NCBI GenBank assembly: GCA_024277025.1
Contig: JAJRWA010000018.1
Location: 56-64,055 of the forward strand
Direction of reading: 5' to 3'
Length of the DNA: 64,000 bases
DNA from: Candidatus Krumholzibacteriota bacterium
Lineage (GTDB): Bacteria > Krumholzibacteriota > Krumholzibacteriia > LZORAL124-64-63
Positions 58,294 through 64,000 of the stretch are shown here, piece after piece. Below the pieces are notes generated by a model. The model was not told the origin of the DNA. It saw only the letters and a list, made by a program, of their open reading frames with translations, and made no database searches. Made by a program: the position numbers and the translations under genes. How positions within the stretch are numbered: position 1 is the stretch's first letter; each line of letters opens with the position of its first letter.

Positions 58294-61200
58294 TTACTTC
58301 AGCAACACCATCTTGCCCACGTCTCTCAGGTTGCCCGTTTTCAAGACATAGAAATAGACGCCCGAGGCCGCGCGGTTGCCCTGTTCATCACGACCTCGCC
58401 AAACGATTTCCTGTTGACCGGATTCGACCCAGCCGGCAACCAGTCTCCGCACCAAACGGCCGCTCACATCGTAGATGCCGAGGTCCGTGGGACCGGCGTG
58501 CGCCAATTCGTACCGGATCGTCGTCGCGGGATTGAATGGGTTGGGGTAGCACTGAATCACGCGAGATATCGGACTGGCTGGTGTGCCCGCCGCAGCGACG
58601 GAGCCGGCATCGTTGCAGCCCCAACTCCACCGGTCGCTCATGGTGTTGGTTCTGTCCCAGCCACCGAAGGTGACGAAGCGGCGAGATTGTTCGTCATAGA
58701 CCAACTCGATCCGCTCGCGCGCGGCCGGACCCGAGCTCAGGACATTGACTTGAGTCCAGGAGCCCTCGCTGAACTTCCACAGCTCGTTGTTGACCGCACC
58801 GGCATCACCGCCAAAGAGCGCGATTTCTCCGCAGTCCGGATTGTCGGCCAAGCCGAATTCGCGGCGGGGGCTCGGCCCGGTCGATGCCAATTGGGTCCAG
58901 GTGCCGTCATAGAACCAGGTGTCACCGAGCGGCGTGGCACCCGGGGCGTGTCCGCCGAACACAACGACTCCGCCCAACTCGGTGGAGTACGACATCTCAT
59001 GATAGCTGCGATAGCCGGGTGTGATGACGCCACGGCGACAGACCAGGTGGTGCCGTCATACTCGAAGGTCGTGCGACCGCGACCACCGACTCCGTTGCCG
59101 CCGTAACGCACCATCACGCCCCGCGTCTTGTCGTAGGCCATGCCGAAGGAAGAGCGGACCTCGCTGGTGGCGGTCGTGATCTGGGTCCAGACACCATTCG
59201 CCCATTCCCACGTTTCGCCCGAGGGGCCGTCGTTGGTGGACCCGCCGTAGAGCACCATCACCCGGCGGTCGCTGTCATAGGCCATTTCCGCGGCCACCCG
59301 AGGGGAAGGGGCGGTGCCAAAGCCGTTGTGGACCTGAGCCCAGACTCCGTTGGTCAATTCCCACACATCGGCGCGGCGGCCACCACCGTAGTCACCGCCG
59401 AACAGCACGGTAGTCCGGCGATCGGGGTCGTGGGCCATGGCATAGCCCCAACGCGGCCCGATCGCATAGCTGCCGGTGTCCGCCGCCGCCAGGGCCCACG
59501 CCTGATCAAGGACCGGACAATTGCAACTGGCCAGATCATCGCATTGATCGATGTAGAGTTCGACCCGGCCGTGCTGGGCAAATGTGGAAGAGGACAACGA
59601 CCCGGCGGGACTCTGGAGTGAGTTCTCGTTGGAAATGATACCGTAGATCGTGGTCTGTTCGTTCGCGAAACGAGAGACGAACGGAACTGTGGGACCATTT
59701 GAGAACGAAACAGTGAGCGTTGATTGATCGTCGGTGCGACCGCCGAAAACGCCGATCTTCTCCCCTTTCCTGACTGCGATATTCACCGGCAATATACCGC
59801 TGTCCTGGGTGACCGGTACGTAGAACAGCGAAGTGAGGTTACCGGTGTAAACAGGGAAAGCGAAGTTGGCCTCATCGGTTTCATTGATCCGTACGATCTC
59901 GACCGACTGGTCGCCACTGCTGGCATCCGTTGGTACCCGAACGCCCCCGATAACCATGTCGCGGGGCACGACGAACCAATAGCCGCTGCTGTTGGCGGCT
60001 GAAGAATAGTCCTGCGGAAGAATCGGCAGCGGGCAGTCGTCGTAGTTGTTGGCTTTGGCTGCCTGCACGACCGAGACGTTGTCGAACCAGGGCCCGGGAC
60101 AGGCCCCCTGCGGAACAGCTTTCGCGTAGTCTGACTGGTCAATGACACCGAGGGCGATTTGCACGTCCTCGGCGCCGGCCACGATCAAGCTCGTGAGGTC
60201 GATTTCGCGCTGGATATAGCGTGGTTCATTGCTGCTGTAAACCACGCCTTCGTTGCGCCAGGATGACCAGCCACCGTAGTTGAAACTATTGGAGTAGTCC
60301 GGCTTGCTACGGATACGCCAAGTGTAGAATACGCCGCTGTCCAGCGGTGCATCCATGTAGACCTCGAACCGCAGCAACGTACGCGGCAACAGCTCGCTGT
60401 CGGCTCCCGGCACATCGAGGGGTATGACCGGCGACCAGATTTCATTGTAGAGGCTGTTGGTGCCGTTGGACAAGCCGCCGCCGGTGTTGACGACATAACC
60501 GCCGGGAATGCCGTAGGTGCAATTGATGCCCGGTGTGCCACCTGTGCTCTCGCCCGGGTAGTTGAGCGGCGGTGTCCCGTCGTCGATGAAAGTCATCTGT
60601 TGGGAGAAGTTGTCGACCAGGGGGTCGGCATCACTCATGTTGTCGAATATCTTGCAGAACGCCCCCACAAGCTTGCGGGGTTTGAGAAACCGCGTGGCCA
60701 GCTCAGCGTTACCCCGGTATTCGAGGTAGGCGTGGTCCCAGACACTGCCGTCGGCGAAGGTCCAGACCTTGCCGCCGCCGATATCTTGTACGCAGCCCCA
60801 GACATCGACCAACGAGGTGGTCAGAAAGAGTCGTTCGGCAGGCAGGGAGCCGAGGATGTGACCGGTCCAGGCATACGAGACGTTGTCGATCTGACCAATG
60901 TCCGGATGGTCCAGCACCTGGCCGTTGGCGCGGCTGGCGACGTGATAGTTCGAGTTGAAACCCGAGACGCCGAGGTTGAGATTGCTGCCGAGAGCCGCCA
61001 GAGCAGCGTTGATATTGGCATTGAAATTGTCGTAGGACACATCGCCGCGTTCGCCGACAAAGACCACCGCGCCGCCGCCAGCGAGGGCGCTTTGCAGAAC
61101 TGAAATCTCAGTTCCGGTGAGCGCAACCTCGGGCCAACCCACCAGGATGAGCGCCGTTTCGGAAGTCATTCCGGGGGTGAGGGATTGCACCCTGTATACC

Positions 61201-61586
61201 GCGCTTACCAAGGGGTGGCCGGTATGGAAGGCCTCCATGCGATCATAGAGGGTGGTGGCTGGATAGCTTTCACGAATCACAACTTCACGCACGACGCCGT
61301 GCCAGTCGGACAGGTCGTGACAGGTCCAGCCTTGCCAGGCTGCCTGGCCTTGAGCGTCTTCGAATCCGCCCACGGTCGTGGCCCCACCACCATAGAGTTG
61401 AATCTCATTGGGGACGAGTTTCTCACCAAGCGGATCGCCGGTGGCCCAGGCTTTGGCGGGCGAAGGTGCGCTTTGGTAGAGAGCTCGTGGGGCGTCCTCA
61501 GCCGCAAGTACACCGGTCAGCGAAGGGCTGAGGACCAACAGGCTGAAGATCAGGAAGCCGACGTTCCAAACGGCATGACGTTGCAT
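58294..61586 (-). pseudogene. Large secreted Kelch-repeat protein with FlgD-Ig C-terminus, split by a 1-nt frameshift near 59030
   Basis: Kelch repeats (MAHD..VLFGG..W; MAYD..LYGG) in ORF 58737..61706 continue in another frame as GVITPGYRSYHEMSYSTELGGVVVFGG and end YPNPFNP...KMVLLK. Confidence 0.82.
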
Positions 61587-61727
61587 AGTAGTCCCTCGCA
61601 GAAAAAGTAGCTGGCGGCGTCTTTCAAGTCGAAATCGCTCTCGCGCAGGTTTTCTAACCGGGAATTTGAACTTTTTTCCGCTCCCCCTTCGTGCACCACA
61701 CTCCACCTCCAGCCTGGATTGCGAACA

Positions 61728-61762
61728 AAAACCGGCCGCCGAGCCCTGGGGCCGGCGGCCGG
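61728..61762 (-). terminator. Terminator hairpin, copy 2 of a 35-bp repeat
   Basis: + strand AAAACCGGCCGCCGAGCCCTGGGGCCGGCGGCCGG; 32/35 identical to 58232-58266. Confidence 0.8.
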
Positions 61763-61784
61763 ATCAAACGGGAATCCGTGATTC

Positions 61785-64000
61785 TCACTTCAGCATGATC
61801 ATCTTCCGCGTCTCCTGGAAACCGGGGGCCTCCAGGCGGTAGAAATACACGCCACTGGCATTGTCGCGCGCATCCCAGGTGAAGGTGTGCAGGCCGGGGC
61901 CGTAGGTCCCGCTGGCCAGCCGCTCGACCAGTTCACCCTTCACGTTGTAGACCGCCAGCCGGACTTCGCCCTCGGCCACCAGGCTGAAGGAAATCTCGGT
62001 CATGGGGTTGAACGGGTTGGGATGATTCTGACCCAGAGTGGTCCGGCTCACCAGACGACCGTCGCTGGCGCCGAACACGTCGCCGCACTCGCAGGACTTG
62101 GTCACCACGTTAGCCGACGCATCGTAGGTCAGGGTCGCGTGCGTCATGCCGGTCACCTCAAAGCAGAAGTCGACCGAGGCGAAAGACTTCACCGTCACGA
62201 AAGTAACCGTGCCGTCGGTGCCGGTCGTCCCGCTGAGGCTGCCGTTGTCGGTCCCGGTGTAGTCCACGAACACCGTCGCGCCGGAAACCGCCGCGCCACC
62301 GTCATCCACGACTGTCACCGTGCAGTAGCCATAAGACTTGCGCCCGCTGGCCGCCACACGCCACACATTCATATCCGACACATACATCGTGCCGCCGCCC
62401 GTCGTCGGCTCAGTCACGGTGATGTAGTCGGTCCTGGTCACGCTGTCGCTGCCATAGGCATTGGTCACCGTCAGGGCGACGGTGTACACACCAACCGCGG
62501 CGTACGTGTGGTCAGGGTTCTGCAGAGTCGACGTGCCACCGTCACCGAAGGTCCAGCTCCAACTCGTGGGCGTGTTGGTCGACTGGTCGCTGAAAGCCAC
62601 GACCAGCGGGTAGTTGCCACTGGTGGGGCTGCCGGCGAAAGCCGCGACCGGGGGATTCTCCACCGGCGTGCCGCCACCGGCGACCGCCGCCGCCGCGTCA
62701 ACCATGCCGTAGCCGCTGTAGCGGTCCCAGCCACTGCCGGACTCGACGTTGACGATGTCCTGGGCCGTGCCCGTCAGCTGGGCCCGCACCTGATCCGGGG
62801 TGTAGTCCGGGAACGCCGACTTGATCAGGGCACAGACGCCGGCCGCGTAGGGCGTGGCGCACGACGTGCCGTTGAAGAACATGTCGTAGTTGCCGTCATC
62901 ATAGCCGCCACTGCCCGAGATATCCGTCGTCGGCAGGATCGTCGGGGCGATGATGTCCACCGCACCGCGATCATCCTGCGTCGCCGGACCGTAGTTCGAG
63001 CCCCACCAGCGCTCGCCGTCGCAGGTGTAGCCGTTGGGATCGGCAAACACGCCGGGGTTCAGCTCGGTGTCGCTGCTGCTGCTGCGCTTGCGGTCGCCGC
63101 AGGGAGAAGCCGCGCCGACGCCGATCACGTACTCGTTGATCGCCGGGTAGCTGATGATGCTGTTGTTCTCGTTGCCGGTCGCCGCCAGGATCGTGCAGCC
63201 CGCGTTGTGGGCGTACAGGATCGCCGCATCGGTGGCCGCATCGGTGCTGATCGCCGCGCCCAGGCTCATGCTGATCACGTCGGCACCGTTGTCGGCCGCG
63301 TAGTAGATCGCGTTGGTGATCGAAGTGAAGCTCATGTTGCCCCGGAAATCGGCCACCTTCAACGGCATGATGGTCGCGCTGCCGGCGATGCCGACGATGC
63401 CGGTGTTGTTGTTGGCCACCGCAGCGGTCACACCAGCGCAGCACGTGCCGTGACCGGCACTGCGGCTGTCATCCATGGGGTTGGTGTCGTTGTCACCGAA
63501 GTCGTAACCGGCCATGCAGTTCAGGTCTTCGTGATAGATGTCCACACCACTGTCCACGATGGCGATGATCACCGACGGATCGCCATAGGTCTGATCCCAG
63601 GCCGCTTCGGCATTGCTGTCGAAGCCGACCGTACCGACCGTCGGGCCCGTATGGGAATACGTCGCCCAGTCGTAGGAGATCATCTGGGCCGTGTTGTTGT
63701 GGCCCCAGTGGTCCTGGTACAGGGGATCGTTCGGCGTGCTGGCCGGGAAGGCGATCCACTCGGGAGTCGCGATCTCCACGGCCGGGTCACGGGCCAGTTC
63801 GGCCGCCAGCGCAATCATGTCGCCGTCCGCGACATGGAACAGGAACCAGCGGTCCACACCCAGATCCGCAGCCTTGGCCACGGCCTTGGGCTGGTCGTAG
63901 GGCCTTTCTATCTGCGAAACCCCCGCCCGCGCGGCGATGGCGTCCACCGAGGCCACTCCCGTGCGGGCGCCGGGCACCGTCGCGCCTCTGGCGAAGGGCA
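61785..64000 (-). CDS. Subtilisin-family (S8) serine peptidase with PKD and FlgD-Ig domains; 5' end beyond window
   Basis: IVDSG (Asp), GHGTCCAG (His), AATGN, FNGTSCATP (Ser), PKD WSWTFGDG, HPNPFNP...KMIMLK. Confidence 0.93.
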   Translation of the reverse strand, partial: PFARGATVPGARTGVASVDAIAARAGVSQIERPYDQPKAVAKAADLGVDRWFLFHVADGDMIALAAELARDPAVEIATPEWIAFPASTPNDPLYQDHWGHNNTAQMISYDWATYSHTGPTVGTVGFDSNAEAAWDQTYGDPSVIIAIVDSGVDIYHEDLNCMAGYDFGDNDTNPMDDSRSAGHGTCCAGVTAAVANNNTGIVGIAGSATIMPLKVADFRGNMSFTSITNAIYYAADNGADVISMSLGAAISTDAATDAAILYAHNAGCTILAATGNENNSIISYPAINEYVIGVGAASPCGDRKRSSSSDTELNPGVFADPNGYTCDGERWWGSNYGPATQDDRGAVDIIAPTILPTTDISGSGGYDDGNYDMFFNGTSCATPYAAGVCALIKSAFPDYTPDQVRAQLTGTAQDIVNVESGSGWDRYSGYGMVDAAAAVAGGGTPVENPPVAAFAGSPTSGNYPLVVAFSDQSTNTPTSWSWTFGDGGTSTLQNPDHTYAAVGVYTVALTVTNAYGSDSVTRTDYITVTEPTTGGGTMYVSDMNVWRVAASGRKSYGYCTVTVVDDGGAAVSGATVFVDYTGTDNGSLSGTTGTDGTVTFVTVKSFASVDFCFEVTGMTHATLTYDASANVVTKSCECGDVFGASDGRLVSRTTLGQNHPNPFNPMTEISFSLVAEGEVRLAVYNVKGELVERLASGTYGPGLHTFTWDARDNASGVYFYRLEAPGFQETRKMIMLK

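Noticed and set aside
1-64000. CRISPR arrays, rRNA, tRNA (including selC)
   Set aside because: No regularly spaced repeats or cloverleaf/T-loop signatures were seen in the intergenic gaps by eye. A covariance search would be needed to exclude small RNAs.

Overview
GC-rich bacterial window with about 50 protein-coding genes and no rRNA, tRNA, CRISPR array, transposase or integrase that I can see. Secreted proteins ending in an NPFNP...KMxLxK FlgD-Ig-type domain, and one ending in a 'SFGTMKSLYR' tail, suggest an FCB-related lineage such as Latescibacterota or Krumholzibacteria (inference). Left to right: (1) a heavy-metal region (1-12 kb) with a MerR operon under a 19-bp-spacer promoter, czcCBA-like RND efflux, and between them a hidden gene that the ORF track splits at an in-frame UGA in a C-U-x-x-C motif followed by a SECIS-like hairpin (candidate secreted triple-YHS selenoprotein); (2) an FAD oxidoreductase, 4Fe-4S membrane protein and sterol-desaturase trio; (3) an HtrA-like protease followed by a two-TM/HAMP receptor whose output domain is a RelA/SpoT (p)ppGpp synthetase, then an OM beta-barrel and a glutathione peroxidase; (4) nrdJ with tandem NrdR-like boxes; (5) a liuBCD-like carboxylase operon; (6) assorted housekeeping and secreted proteins; (7) an arsS/arsM arsenosugar-type cluster with several glycosyltransferases; (8) two tandem FlgD-Ig secreted proteins that share a near-identical terminator. 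Two genes carry 1-nt frameshifts. The top leads are the membrane-receptor alarmone synthetase (19200-20732) and the candidate selenoprotein (5390-6016). All calls come from reading motifs by eye; no searches were run.
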